A program made the translations under genes and the position numbers. From Paraspadella gotoi (lineage: Eukaryota > Animalia > Chaetognatha), in the NCBI GenBank assembly GCA_051294375.1, contig CM119269.1, positions 14,271,918 to 14,335,917 of the forward strand: a stretch of 64,000 nt of DNA. The letters run 5' to 3'. The notes under the pieces are model-generated. The model did not search any database, was not told the origin of the DNA, and saw nothing but the letters and a program-made list of their open reading frames with translations. Shown here one piece after another: positions 37,289 to 51,397 of the stretch; position 1 is the first letter of the stretch; every line of letters starts with the position of its first letter.

Positions 37289-40200
37289 CTCTCCTCTCTC
37301 CTCTCTCTCTCCCCGACTCGCAGGTGCGTCAGAAGTTCTCAGGTTCGGGAGGAGAGAGAATTCTTTCGCAGTCGTCGTCCTCGTTACATAGCAGATGTTT
37401 TTTCGCAAAATGTTGATTCTGTTGTCGTTGATGCAAACGATTTCGTCACAAAAGAAAAAATAACATTTTATGACGTCACGTGATTCCGAGAATTTCAACC
37501 CGGATGTAATAAAGTTAATAAGAACATCCACCGTTTGCGTTCCCGGTAAGCGACGATTTCCCCCCCCCCTCCGTCTACCCGGATGGCGTTTGCTTCCCTT
37601 TCTCTCTCTGGAAATCTTGTCCCTCACCGCTTTCCCGTCGTAATTCTTGTTTTATTAACGCCAATAACTTCGCCAATTACTGCGTCAATAACTTGGCCTA
37701 TAACGGCGACCAGCTCTCGAGCTTCTGGCTTTTTAGAAGGAACGATAGAAAGTAAGAAAGTGGATCGATCGTATTTTACTGGAGCAAGAAGTAGAGCGTT
37801 TGTGATCAGAGACAAAGTAGAGCGAGAAACGTGGAGCCGATGAGACGCTTCGATTAACAGAATGGATTCGTAATTGTTGGAACGACGAAAACTACTGTGG
37901 AATAGGTGGAGCTCTTATTGAAGACAGGTTGGAGAGTCGTCGCGTTATCGAATCTCGCATAAAAAAAATGGTGCGGAAGCGGACAAAGTCGCTGGAGTAA
38001 CGATGGGTCAGCTGTAGCGGATGGAGTCGACAAAGACGCGTGATTTGTCGGCAACATAATAGAAGGAAATACATCTCGTCGTCGCTGCAGTCGTAGCATC
38101 GTGATTCACATCCTCATTCACACGTTCGTGATTAACTCGGAATTCGTCGCCTCCCGTTTTTCACGAACTCACATCACGGTCAGAACTGGCAAGTGGCAAC
38201 CGTTTGGCCTTGTCGCTCGCGTTCGTTTTACGTTTCGGGATTTTTCTCTCGACGACTCGACGGATCGAGAGGAGGAAGGTTATTTTTACGACGACTGAGA
38301 GATGAGGTCGAAATCGTGAACAAATTAGATGCGTCAATCGATCTTCGAAGTCAAGGCCTGCGTTTGCGTGCGTGCGTGCGTGCCTGATGAGCACGCTTCG
38401 TTAACGTTCTTTGAGGTTATGGCGTGAGTTTGGTCCTAGAGATGGCGTGCGTGCGTGATGAGCACGCTTCGTTAACGTTCTTTGAGGTTATGGCGTGAGT
38501 TTGGTCCTAGAGATGGCGTGCGTGCGTGATGAGCACGCTTTGTTAATGTTCTTTGAGGTTATGGCGTGCATTTTCTCCTAGAGATGGCGTGCGTGCGTGA
38601 TGAGCACGCTTCATTAACGTTCTTTGAGGTTATGGCGTGCGTTTGCTCCTAGAGATGGCGTGCGTGCGTGATGAGCACACTTCGTTAACGTTCTTTGAGG
38701 TTATGGCGTGCGTTTGCTCCTAGAGATGGCGTGCATGCATGATGAGCACGCTTCGTTAACGTTCTTTGAGGTTATGGCGTGCGTTTGCTTCTAGAGAGGG
38801 CGTGCGTGCGTGCGTGATGTGCATGCTTCGTTAACGTTCTTTGAGGTTATGGCGTGCGTTTGCAACTGGAAATAAAGGTTGCCTTTTGACCAACTTTGAC
38901 CAACTTCTGTTTATGTGAGATGAGCAAGCTTCATTGTTCTTTGTTTCCTACGTCAGCGTCTATATTGCGACATCGGTAAATGAATGCGATTTTCTGTCGG
39001 TGACATTCCGAGCGCCATCTCTCTGCTTCCGCTCGGCATGGCGTTCGTCGTTCTCGTCGTCGTCGTCGTTTTCATAGTTCCTGCTACCATCGTCATCGTC
39101 ATTGTTTTATCATTTTCGCGTCTGCAATCGTCATTATTATCATCGTCAATAGAAACATCATTGTTCCCGTATTTGTTCGCCCATCTTAACGTGGCCGCTG
39201 CTACCGTCGGCATTGCAGTCGTTGATGTCATCGTCACTACGACCATAGTCGTCATCATTGTCATTTTCATGATTGTCATTATTGTCGTCATCGATATCGT
39301 CGCTGCGACCCTCGACGTTGGTATCGTCGTTGTCATCGTCGTTATGATCGTCGTTGTCATCGCCGTAGTCGTCATCCTCTTTATTGAGTGAACGCAACCT
39401 GGAATCGATTCGTCACGAGGCGACGTGGCGTCGTCTAGATTCGGCAGCGTCTGCGTCATCGAAGAGACCGTGGAGGGAAATCCGTCGTTGGAGTCACGAC
39501 CGGCGTCGTTGATGAATTCCTTATTATTTCCGTCACGGACTTTATTGTCATCGTCTTTGTCATCTTCTTTGTCTTCATCGTTGTCCTATTTATCGACATT
39601 ATCTTCCTACTTTCTTTGTCCTAGTCATCTTCTTTTTCTTCATTGTTGTCATCTTTATCTCAAACTTTTTCCTACTTCCTTTGTCCTTATCATCTTCTTT
39701 GTCTCCCTCATTGTCCTATTTATCGACAACTTCTTCCTACTTCCTTTCTCCTTGTCATCTTCTTTGTCTCCCTCATTTTCCTATTTATTGACAACTTGTT
39801 CCTACTTCCTTTGTCCTTGTCAACTTCTTTGACTACCTCATTTTCCTTTTATCAACAACTTCTTCCTACTTTCTTTGTCCTTGTCATCTTTCTTGTCTTC
39901 ATACTTTGTCCTCTTCATCGTTGTCGTCGTCATCGTCGTTTAAGTCGTCACGGTCGTCGTCGTCATCATTTTTTTTTCATTGTCTTCGCCGATTTCTTTG
40001 TTTTTTTCTTTGGCCTCTTCGTTCTTTTCGTCGTTGTCGTCGTCATCGTCGTTGTCATCGTCGTCGTCTTCTTCGTCATTTTCGTCATCGTCGTCGTCAT
40101 CTATCCTGGTTTTCCAGAGGTCGTGATCGCGGAACCGCGGCGTCTCTTTCAACACCTTCTTCGCGTCACCTTTTCGCCCTTTGCTCGCTTTTATGGTCTT

Positions 40201-41837
40201 TCACGACGACCGGGGAAAAAACCTCAAACGCCCTTAAAGGTCAACTAACGCCCCTTTATGGGGTCAACCGATCCTTCCGGGTTCGCTCAGCTCTGCCCCC
40301 CACCACCGGTACTTTTCTTTCCTTATATTTTTTCGAATCCAAGGAACTAAAAAAAAAAAAAATTCAAATTTTCAAGTGCAGCATTATCGAGAAGAAATTG
40401 ATCGTATTATTTGTTATTTTTGTTTAGATTAAATTATAAAATATGAAAACAATTTTACCGGTCGGGTAGTAAATAATTTTTTTTTAAATCCAAACATCAA
40501 AAACAAGTACGTAAATTCTTTTAATTTATTTTAAGGGGACCCAGTGATAAAAATGATATCATAAGCTTAAGGGTCTATCATCAAAGGAATTTGAATGGTG
40601 ATAGTCATTAATTTTTGTTTGTACGCGAAAGTGGCAAAAAAATTCCTATCTCTTATTGTAGCGGAAACAAAAATTTAATAATTATGAAAAAAAAAATTAG
40701 TTGACCTTACCTAAATATTTATATAATCCATTATTTTATTTTGCAATAGAAAATATTTTTTACTAAATTCCAATTTTTTATTTTACTGTACAAAGCTACA
40801 ATTTTAGGTTTAAGCCTCATTGAACAAAGGCTTTACAAGACTAATATTTTTTTATTTTTATATTTACTTAAAAGCAGACAAATCAAACCTAAATTCTATT
40901 CTTACAGAAACAAAACTGTAATAATTATTAATTAATATTCATATTCATCTCTTAAATGTATTATTAAACTATATTGATTCCTAATTATAACAATTAAAAA
41001 TTTAGCAAAAGTACAGAATCTTTCTTTTCTTTTATATTTATATTACTTCAAAGAGTTTTATTTTCATCCAATTAACAGAATCATTTGAAAAGAAAGTTTA
41101 AATAAAATCAGTCGATACCTTAAATTTTGATTCATTCCTAGTTTTTTTTCTTATAAATTTTGTGATAAAAGCTGAAAACTTTTTTAAAATTAGATCTTAC
41201 TCTTTTTTAGAAAAAAAATTTTAAACTTGAAAAAGATTTTCTTCTTACCGATTTTTTAAAGAAAATTAAGCTCGCTGATTTCATCGAATTTTTAACTACT
41301 TTCCCAAATGATTATAGAAGAAAAAATTATATGGTCAGAACCAGCTTAAGTTAAAGGGTAAAACGTTATGTTTTCAGCTTTTTACCCCCCCTGTTCACTT
41401 GGTCCCCTTAAAATACGTCGAGAATATAAAAACGAATTGGAAAACTTTTTCTAGCGCGTTTTCAAATGAATGAATTATTCCAATCAAATCATTAGTCGAA
41501 TCAAGTTCTTATTAGATATCACGTATGTCAGCATTTTTATCATATCATGTCATATTATATCATATCATATCATATCATATCATGTATGTCAGAATTTTTA
41601 ACTCTTCACACTTTAGCCAAAATTTTCATCTCCACACACCAAAAAAAGTCTTCAGGTTTAAGCATCGATTCCTTCTACCAGCGGGAAGTTTTTTTTCGGT
41701 CGTCCTTCCTACCGGCCTCACCTGCTCCTTACTTTTCCCTCACCATCGCCTTACATGCTCCTTACTTGCCCCTTACTTGCCCCTCACCATAGCCTTACAT
41801 GCTCTTTACTTGCCCCTTACTTGCCACTTACTCTCAC
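34726..41837 (-). repeat. Block B, copy 2 (inverted right arm), bounded by 25-N gaps on both sides
   Basis: Reverse complement of ~25460-32640. 25-N gaps at 34701-34725 and 41838-41862. A short redundant piece of the same inner end sits before the first gap (34500-34700). Confidence 0.95.
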
Positions 41838-41862
41838 NNNNNNNNNNNNNNNNNNNNNNNNN

Positions 41863-44800
41863 ATTTTTTAAATTTTCTTTTTGATCGTAACGCGATGACT
41901 TTTTGTTCTTTTTACCAGAGATTCGTGATTTATAATTAATTATTTTTATTCGTGTCTTCCGCCAACGATCATTTTCCCCGCAGAGGGACGTGTTTTTGAT
42001 TAATATTCCTCTAAAATTTATTTTTTATCGGTTATTTATTTTTTTTTTTTCGTACTGCAGCAAAGTGTTGACATTTCATAATCTTCTCTGATCGAATCTG
42101 AAATTCGGGAAAGAGTGAAAAAAAATTAGATCGTCATCATTTCAGGGTTAAGGGGCAGATAAGGGCAGGTAAGCGATGGTGAGGGGCAAGTAAGGGGGCA
42201 GGTAAAGCGATAGTGAGGGGAAATAAGGGGCAGGTAAAGCGATGGTGAGGGCAAGTAAGGGACAGGTAAAGCGATGGGTCAAAATAAGAGCATTGTAAGG
42301 TGAGAGTAAGTGGCAAGTAAGGGGCAAGTAAAGAGCATGTAAGGCTATGGTGAGGGCAAGTAAGGGGCAAGTAAGGAGCATGTAAGGCGATGGTGAGGGA
42401 AAAGTAAGGAGGCAGGTGAGGCCGGTAGGAAGGACGACCGAAAAAAAACTTCCGCTGGTAGAAGGAATCGATGCTTAAACCTGAAGACTTTTTTGGTGTG
42501 TGGAGATGAAAAATTTTGGCTAAGTGTTGAGAGTTAAAATTCTGACATACATGAATATGATATGATATGATATAATATGACATGATATGATAAAAATGCT
42601 GACATACGTGATATCTAATAGAACTTGATTCGTACTAATGATTTGATTGGATAATTCATTCATTTGAAAAACGCGCTAGAAAAAGTTTTCCAATTCGTTT
42701 TTATATTCTCGACGTATTTTAAGGGGACCAAGTGAACAGGGGGGTAAAAGCTGAAAACATAAACGTTTTACCATTTAACTTAAAGCTGGTTCTGACCATA
42801 TAATTTTTCTTCTATAATCATTTGGGAAAGTAGTTAAAAAATTCGAGTGAAATCAGCGAGCTTAATTTTTCTTTAAAAATCGGTAGAAGAAATCTTTTTC
42901 AAGTTTAAATTTTTTTTTCTAAAAAAGAGTAAGATCTAATTTAAAAAGTTTTCAGCTTTTATCACAAAAATTTATAAGAAAAAAAACTAGGAATGAATCA
43001 AATTTAAGTATCGACTGATTTTATTTAACTTTCTTTTCAAATGATTCTGTGTAATTGGATTGAAATTAAAACTCTTTGAAGTAATATAAATATAGAAAAG
43101 AAAGAAAGATTCTGTACTTTTTGCTAAATTTTTAATTGTTTATAATTAGGAATCAATATAGTTTAATAATACATTTAAGAGATGAATATGAATATTAATT
43201 AATATTTATTACAGTTTTGTTTCTGTAAGAATAGAATTTAGGTTGATTTGTCTGCTTTTAAGTAATATAAAAATAAAAAATATTAGTCTTGATAAAGCCT
43301 TTGTTCAATGAGGCTTAAACTAAAATTGTATCTTTGTACAGTAAAATATAAAAAATTGGTTTGTAAAAAATTTTTCTATTGCAAAATAAAATAATGGATT
43401 ATATAAATATTTAGGTAAGGTCAACTAATTTTTTTTTTCATAATTATTAAATTTTTGTTTCCGCTACAATAAGAGATAGGAATTTTTTGCCACTTTCGCG
43501 TCAACAAAAATTAATGACTATCACCATTCAAATTCCTTTGATTGATAGACCCTTAGCTTATGATATCATTTTTATCACTGGGGTCCCCTTAAAATAAATT
43601 AAAAGAATTTACCGTACTTGTTTTGATGTTTGGGTTTAAAAAAAAATTTATTTACTACCCGACCGGTAAAATTGTTTCATATTTTATAATTTAATCTAAA
43701 CAAAAAAATAACAAATAATACGATCAATTTCTTCTCGATAATGCTGCACTTGAAAATTTGAATTTTTTTTTTTTTTAGTTCCTTGATCGAAAAAATATAA
43801 GGAAAGAAAAATTACCGGCGGTGGGGGGCAGAGCTGAGCGAACCGGAAGGATCGGTTGACCCATAAAGGGGCGTTAGTTGACCTTTAAAGGGCGTTTGAG
43901 GTTTTTTCCCCGGTCGTCGTGAAAGACCATAAAAGGCGAGCAAAGGCGAAAAGGGACGCGAAGAAGGTGTTGAAAGAGACGCCGCGGTTCCGCGATCACG
44001 ACCTCTGGAAAAACCAGGATAGATGACGACGACGTGACGAAAATGACGAGAAGACGACGACGATGACAACGACGATGACGACGACCAACGACGAAAAGAA
44101 CGAAGAGGCCAAAGAAAAAAACAAAGAAACGGCGAAGACAATGAAAAAAAAATGATGACGACGACGACCGTGACGACTTAAACGACGATGACGACGACAA
44201 CGATGAAGAGGACAAATTATTGAAGACAAGAAGATGACAAGGACAAAGAAAGTAGGAAGAAGTTGTTGATAAAGGAAAATGAGGTAGTCAAGAAGTTGAC
44301 AAGACAAAGAAGTAGGAACAAGTTTCAATAAATAGGAAAATGAGGGACACAAAGAAGATGAAAGGAGAAAGGAAGTAGGAAGAAAGTTGTCGATAAATAG
44401 GACATGAGGGAGACAAAGAAGATGATAAGGACAAAGGAAGTAGGAAAAAGTTGAGATAAAGATGACAACAATGAAGAAAAAAAGTTGCTAGGACAAAGAA
44501 AGTAGGAAGATTAATGTCGATAAATAGGACAACGATGAAGACAAAGAAGATACAAAGACGATAAAAAGTCCGTGGGATAATAAGGAATTCTCAACGACGC
44601 GGTCGGGATCCAACGACGATTTCCTCCACGGTCTCTTCGATGACGCAGACGCTGCCGAATCTAGACGACGCCACGTCGCCTCGTGACGAATCGATTCCAG
44701 GTTGCGTTCACTCAATAAAGAGGATGACGCTACGGCGATGACAACGACGATCATAACGACGATGACAACGCGATACAACGTCGAGGGTCGCGCCGATATC

Positions 44801-46769
44801 GATGACGACAATAATACAATCATGAAAAATGACAATGATGACGACTATGGTCGTAAGTGACGATGACATCAACGACTGCAATGCCGACGTAGCAGCGGCC
44901 ACGTTAAGATGGCGAACAAATATGGGAACAATGATGTTTCTATGACGATTGATAAAATTAATGACGATTGCAGACGCGAAAATGATAAAACAATGACGAT
45001 GACGATGGTAGCAGGAACTATGAAAACGACGACGACACGACGAGAACGACGAACGGCCATGCCGGCGGAAGCAGAGAGATGCGCTCGAATGTCACGAAGA
45101 AAATCGCATTCATTACCGATGTCGCAATATAGACGCTGACGTAGGAAACATAAGAACAATGAAGCTTGCTCATCTCACATAAACAGAAGTTGGTCAAGTG
45201 GTCAAAAAGGCAACCTTTATTTCCAGTTGCAAACGCACGCCATAACCTCAAAGAACTTTAACGTAGCATGCATCACGCACGCACGCACGCCCTCTCTAGA
45301 AGCAACGCACGCCATAACCTCAAAGAACGTTAACGAAGCGTGCTCATCATGCATGCACGCCATCTCTAGGACAAACGCATGCCATAACCTCAAAGAAAGT
45401 TAACGAAGTGTGCTCATCACGCACGCACGCCCATCTCTAGAGCAAACGCACGCCATAACCTCAAAGAACGTTAATGAAGCGTGCTCATCACCACGCACGC
45501 CATCTCTAGGAGAAAATGCACGCCATAACCTCAAAGAACATTAACAAAGCGTGCTCATCACGCACGCAACGCATCTCTAGGACAAACTCACGCCATACCT
45601 CAAAAGAACGTTAACGAAGCGTGTCATCACGCACGCACGCCATCTTTTGGACCAAACTCACGCCATAACCTCAAAGAACGTAACGAACGTCTCATCAGGC
45701 CACGCACGCACGCACGCAAACGCAGGCCTTGACTTCGAAGATCGATGACGCATCTAATTTGTTCACGATTTCGACCTCATCTCTCAGGCGCGTAAAAATA
45801 ACCTTCCTCCTCTCGATCCGTCGAGTCGTCGGAAGAAAAAATCCCGAAACGTAAAACGAACGCGAGCGACAAGCCAAACGGTTGCCACTTGCCAGTTCTG
45901 ACCGTGATGTGAGTTCGTGAAAAACGGGAGGCGACGAATTCCGAGTTAATCACGAACGTGTGAATGAGGATGTGATCACGATGCTACGACTGCAGCGACG
46001 ACGAGATGTATTTCCTTCTATTATGTTGCCGACAAATCACGCGTCTTTGTCGACTCCATCCTCTACAGCTGACCCATCGTTACTCCAGCGACTTTGTCCG
46101 CTTCCGCACCATTTTTTTTATGCGGATTCGATAACGCGACGACTCTCCAACCTGTCTTCAAATAAGAGCTCCACCTATTCCACAGTAGTTTTCGTCGTTC
46201 CAACAATTACGAATCCATTCTGTTAATCGAAGCGTCTCATCGGCTCCACGTTTTTCGCTCTACTTTGTCTCTGATCACAAACGCTCTACTTCTGCTCCAG
46301 TAAAATACGATCGATCCACTTTCTTACTTTCTATCGTCCTTCTAAAAAGCCAGAGCTGAGAGCTGGTCGCCGTTATAGGCCAAGTTATTGACGCAGTAAT
46401 TTGCGAAGTTATTGGCGTTAATAAAACAAGAATTACGACGGAGAAAAGCGGTGAGGGACAGATTTCCAGAGAGAGAAAGGGAAGCAAACGCCATCCGGGT
46501 AGACGGAGGGGGGGGGGAAATCGTCGCTTACCGGGAACGCAAACGGTGGATTTGTTCTTATTACTTATTACATCCGGGTTGAAATTCTCGGAATCACGTG
46601 ACGTCATAAAAATGTTATTTTTTTCTTTTGTGACGAAAATCGTTTGCATCAACGACAAACAGAATCAACATTTTTGCGAAAAAACATCTGCTATGAACGA
46701 GGACGACGACTGCGAAAGAATTCTCTCTCCCCCGAACCTGAGAACTTCTGACGCACCTGCGAGTCGGGG

Positions 46770-46832
<63 letters not shown>

Positions 46833-46942
46833 GAGGGAGGCGTTGAGAGAGTGGAGGCGGGGGCGGTGAACCTTGCCCGTTTTCCAGGTCGTTCGGGAGA
46901 AGAGCGGAAGAAGCCGCCGACGAGAAGCGGAATCGAAGAGAC

Positions 46943-46998
<56 letters not shown>

Positions 46999-48000
46999 AA
47001 AGACGAACACACCTTGGCGCCGGGGTTTCGCCCATCTTTGTTTGACTAAGAGGCGCTCAGGTTTGCATCGCGAAAATGTGCGAGTCGACGTCAATTATTC
47101 AGGTTTTGCGAAAAGTTGAAGAGAGCGTGTTTCTGTATTCGTATCCTCAGTATTTACCTTGAATACTGTATGAATCGGCATGAGACCGTTTTTATAATTT
47201 AATTTTAGTCTAGATTGTTTTGCCATTATATTGATAAATCGGTTGAATAGATTTTTTGTTGTTGCAATTTTGAGCAATACAACACCCGAGCCTAAGACCT
47301 GATTGTTCCAACCCGAAATTCAGATGGAAACTTGATTGGTTCCAACGCTGAAACTTAGATGGAGACTTTGATGCGTCAATGCTGAAAATCAGATGGAGAC
47401 TTAATTGTTCCAATGCTGAAAATCAGATGGAGACTGGATTGGTTCAACGCCAAAGTTCAGATGGAGACTTTATTGGTTCCAATGCCGAAACTTAGATGGA
47501 GACTTGAATGGTTCCAACGCCAAAAACTTAGAAGAAGACTTGATTGGTTCTAAAGCCAAAACGCAAAAAATAAACTAAAAAATTATATTGTTAGTAGAAA
47601 TGCTAAAACCCGGATGGGGACTTGATTGGTTTTCAACGCCAAAACTGAGAAAAAGACTTGATTGGTTCAACCCTGAATCTCAGATGAAGACCTTGATTGT
47701 TCCTTTGCAAAAATAAGATGGAGACTGATTGGTTCCACGCCGAAACTCAGATGGAGATTTGATTGGTCAACGCTGAAACTCAGATGGAGACTCGATTGGT
47801 TCATGCCTAAACTGAGATGGAGACTTGATGGTTTCACGCCGAAACTGAGATGGAGACTTGATTGGTTCCAACGGCAGCAGATGGCGCCGCTCATGAACTT
47901 CGGGTCAACGAGCGGCGAGAAATAACGACCGAAGCCTTGTTACCGTGACACAAAATTTCCTCTTGCCAACATGACTTCCATCTCTCTTGCTCGTCGCCGT

Positions 48001-48031
<31 letters not shown>

Positions 48032-49190
48032 ATCGTCGTCGGCGTCATTTCGTTGTTTTCCTTTGTCGTTTACATCATTCCTACATTCATTTTCATCGTT
48101 AATTATTATTTGTTTAGACGATGTTTAGTTCCGTCCTTGTTTATCGAGTCCTTTCCTTTTGTCGGATTTTATCTCTTCATCTCACTAACATTGAATGAAG
48201 TTTCAATCGTCGTCGTCATCGTCGTCGACGTTGAGTCAGTGAAGCTAATGTTGACGATCTGGCGTCATCAATGTGAAGGTGATAAAGTTAAGACTGACAA
48301 ATTGTGAAATTGACGACCACTTTTAAAATCAATTTATGGTCGCGATGCGAGACCAAGACTTAGTTTACAGAACAACTTAGATTCAGGGAAAATTGAATAA
48401 ATTTTTAAACAAATTTTTATAATCATTTTTCTTTCCATTCGTTAGAATAACAAATTCAAATGAGAATAACGAATTTTTATATTAATTTCATAAGATAACA
48501 ATTTGAAAGGAATACTGTGGAGAAAGAGACAGAAAGATAAGATAGATAGACAGGAAAAAAATAATTAGCGTAGCTCGCTAATGACGTTTGCGGGTTTTCT
48601 ATGGCTTCGTTCATTTCTTCATGAGCAATTATGCAGATGCGCATGAATTTGTTAGTATATTGTTTGAAGGATATTTAAATTACGTAAAGTGATTTACTTA
48701 ACATGAGCCAACGTTAAGTGGTGACCAAGCACCAGGCTCCCAAGGCTCCGTATGTTTCCCCCAACTAATCATGATCGAATGAATGAATAAATTTCATTCG
48801 ATGCCATTAACTCAATCGATTGTCGAATCCAACGGGAATCGAGATAATTGATATTAGTCGAGTCGAAGAAGCGAGGCAGCAGTCGAAGCAGCAGTCGAAG
48901 CAGCAAGTCGAAGCAGCGAGGGTCCAATCCGATGAGACAATCGACGTCCGTGAAAAAGTGGTTTTCGTTGGAAGACGACGGTTGAGGTGAGACGATGGTG
49001 AGGGTGGGTGGGGTGGTCGATTGCGGCGGCGGCGGCGGCGGCGGCGGCGCGGCGACGGCGGCGGCGGCGCGGGGCGCGGCGCGGCCGGCGGCGGCGGCGG
49101 CGGCCGGCGGATCCCCAGAGTCCTCGAACGAGATGCGCTCCGTCCTTTGAAATTCGCCATCGAAGTGTCGACGAGAACGTGACGAGAGAG
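41863..49190 (+). repeat. Block B, copy 3 (direct; many 1-bp indels)
   Basis: Restarts at the same position as copy 1 (atttttta aattttctttttgatcgtaacgcg) and is collinear with 25008-32430, with scattered single-base indels. Confidence 0.93.
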
Positions 49191-49196
49191 GGAGAT

Positions 49197-49261
<65 letters not shown>

Positions 49262-49270
49262 GAGAGAGAG

Positions 49271-51018
49271 ATTCCGGATGCCGACTAAGAACTGTGAGAA
49301 AATGGAAAGGTGGAAATATGGGTTCGCCGTCGAGGAAGCGCCGCCGAACGCAGCAGGGGCCCGGCGCGCGGGGGCAGCCGCCTTTTTCGAATTCCAAGAA
49401 AAAGAGGAATCGATAAAACGTTCTAATGGATGTAAGCGTCTGGCTGGTCGAATTTTCTGCCCCTTTAACCCAGAAACCTTCGTCGGCAGCCCTCGTTGGC
49501 GACCAGAATTACCCAATAGATTTCTGAACAATCAGGCATATCACTAAAGAATAGCAAAAATTTTAAAATCCAGTAGAAAAAAAATTCGATAATTGATCCT
49601 AAACAAATCTGTTTACATTTTTTATTTTCAATTTTCGCAGAAGACCATATTGTACATGGTACTCACGATAGAGAATGGTTAAAATTTTAAAATTTGTAAA
49701 ATAATCTCTATAAACCATTTTAAAATTTTTACATTTCTATGGTGAGTACGATGTGAGCTACTGCAAAAATTTATTATCAATATCTTGATAGTTCATGATC
49801 AAACTATTCGAATTTTGATCTGCACTTAATACGCCTTAGTGATCACACACAAATAACGAAAGGAATTTATCTAAATTCATTAAAAAATAAAAGCTCAATC
49901 ACAATCCCGAACGCTCTCACTACACGCACCCACACTCACCTCGATCCGACCACACTCGCACTCCACCCTCGCACTCCACACTCGCTCTCCACACTCGACA
50001 CTCCACACTCGACGAAACACTCGCACTCCACCCTCGCACTCCACACTCGCCTCCACCACTCACACTCTCCACTCGACTAAACACTCGCACTCCACCGCTC
50101 GACCACTACATTCCTTGCACTCCGCACTCCGACACTCTACACTCGCACTCCTCACTGGCACTCGCACTCGCAATCCACACTCCCACTCTACCTCCCAATC
50201 CACCGCGCACTCCACACGCCACTCCGACTCACACTCCACACTCGCACTCACCATCACACTCCACACTCGCACTTCGCATCCACACTCGCACTCCACCCTC
50301 ACACTCCACACTCGCACTCCACACTCGCCTCCACACTCGCAACCACGGTCTCCACACTCATCGGCGCCAATCGAAGATTTGAAGAGAATCAAGTTCCAAT
50401 AAAAAATTCTCCTCACGTTTTTCGCGATTAGCGTTTTGCCGACCGGCACCTTGTAAACTTGGCGCCTTTGTCGCGCCATTCTGTAAATTGTGACTGTCGC
50501 CTTGGGATGTGCATCTGTAGACCTGTAACTTTGGCGACTATGTTGCGCCATATGTAAACTTTTGACTGTCGCCTTTGTCCCGCCACTGTAGACTTGCGAC
50601 CGGCGTCAATATCGCGCTCTTTTGTGCTTGTCCTTTTGTTTTGCTATCTGTAGACTTGTAGTCGACACTCTGTTGCGCAACTTGTAAACCTCTAAACCTT
50701 CCGCCACAAGTCCCGATGTCCTGAAACTAGTTTTCGCGATAATCCGATATATCGAAAAATAAAATCCTATCCACGCATATAGGCTGCATAATTTTCCCCG
50801 TTCGCGCTGACTTTCAAATGATTTTATTTCTCTCGAAGGCAGAGAATAAGCGATGGGGGGGTGCTGGGGGGGGGAGAGCGCCTCCTCCTCCTTCCCATGA
50901 CGTCAATCGCCAAATGGTTTTTCGGGTCGTTTTAATCTTCGATCGCTTCAGCGTTTATCGCCCATGTTGTCATTTGACTTTTTCCAATGGAAGGGTCGGG
51001 TCTCTTCTTCACGACTCA
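49271..51018 (+). repeat. Block A, copy 3 (direct; spacer of second palindrome)
   Basis: attccggatgccgactaagaactg...gggtctcttcttcacgactc is collinear with 23288-25006 and shares the extra minisatellite unit with copy 2. Confidence 0.93.
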
Positions 51019-51091
<73 letters not shown>

Positions 51092-51142
51092 GTCTCCTCT
51101 CTCTTTGTTCTGCTGGTTCAGTCTGTCTTCCGTTTTCCCCTA

Positions 51143-51224
<82 letters not shown>

Positions 51225-51353
51225 TCTCTCTCTCTCCCTCTCTCGTCACGTTCTCGTCGACACTTTCGATGGCGAATTCAAAGACGGATTCTCATCTCGT
51301 TCGAGACTCTGGGGATCCGCCGGCCGCCGCCGCCGCCGCCGGCCGCCGCCGCC

Positions 51354-51397
<44 letters not shown>

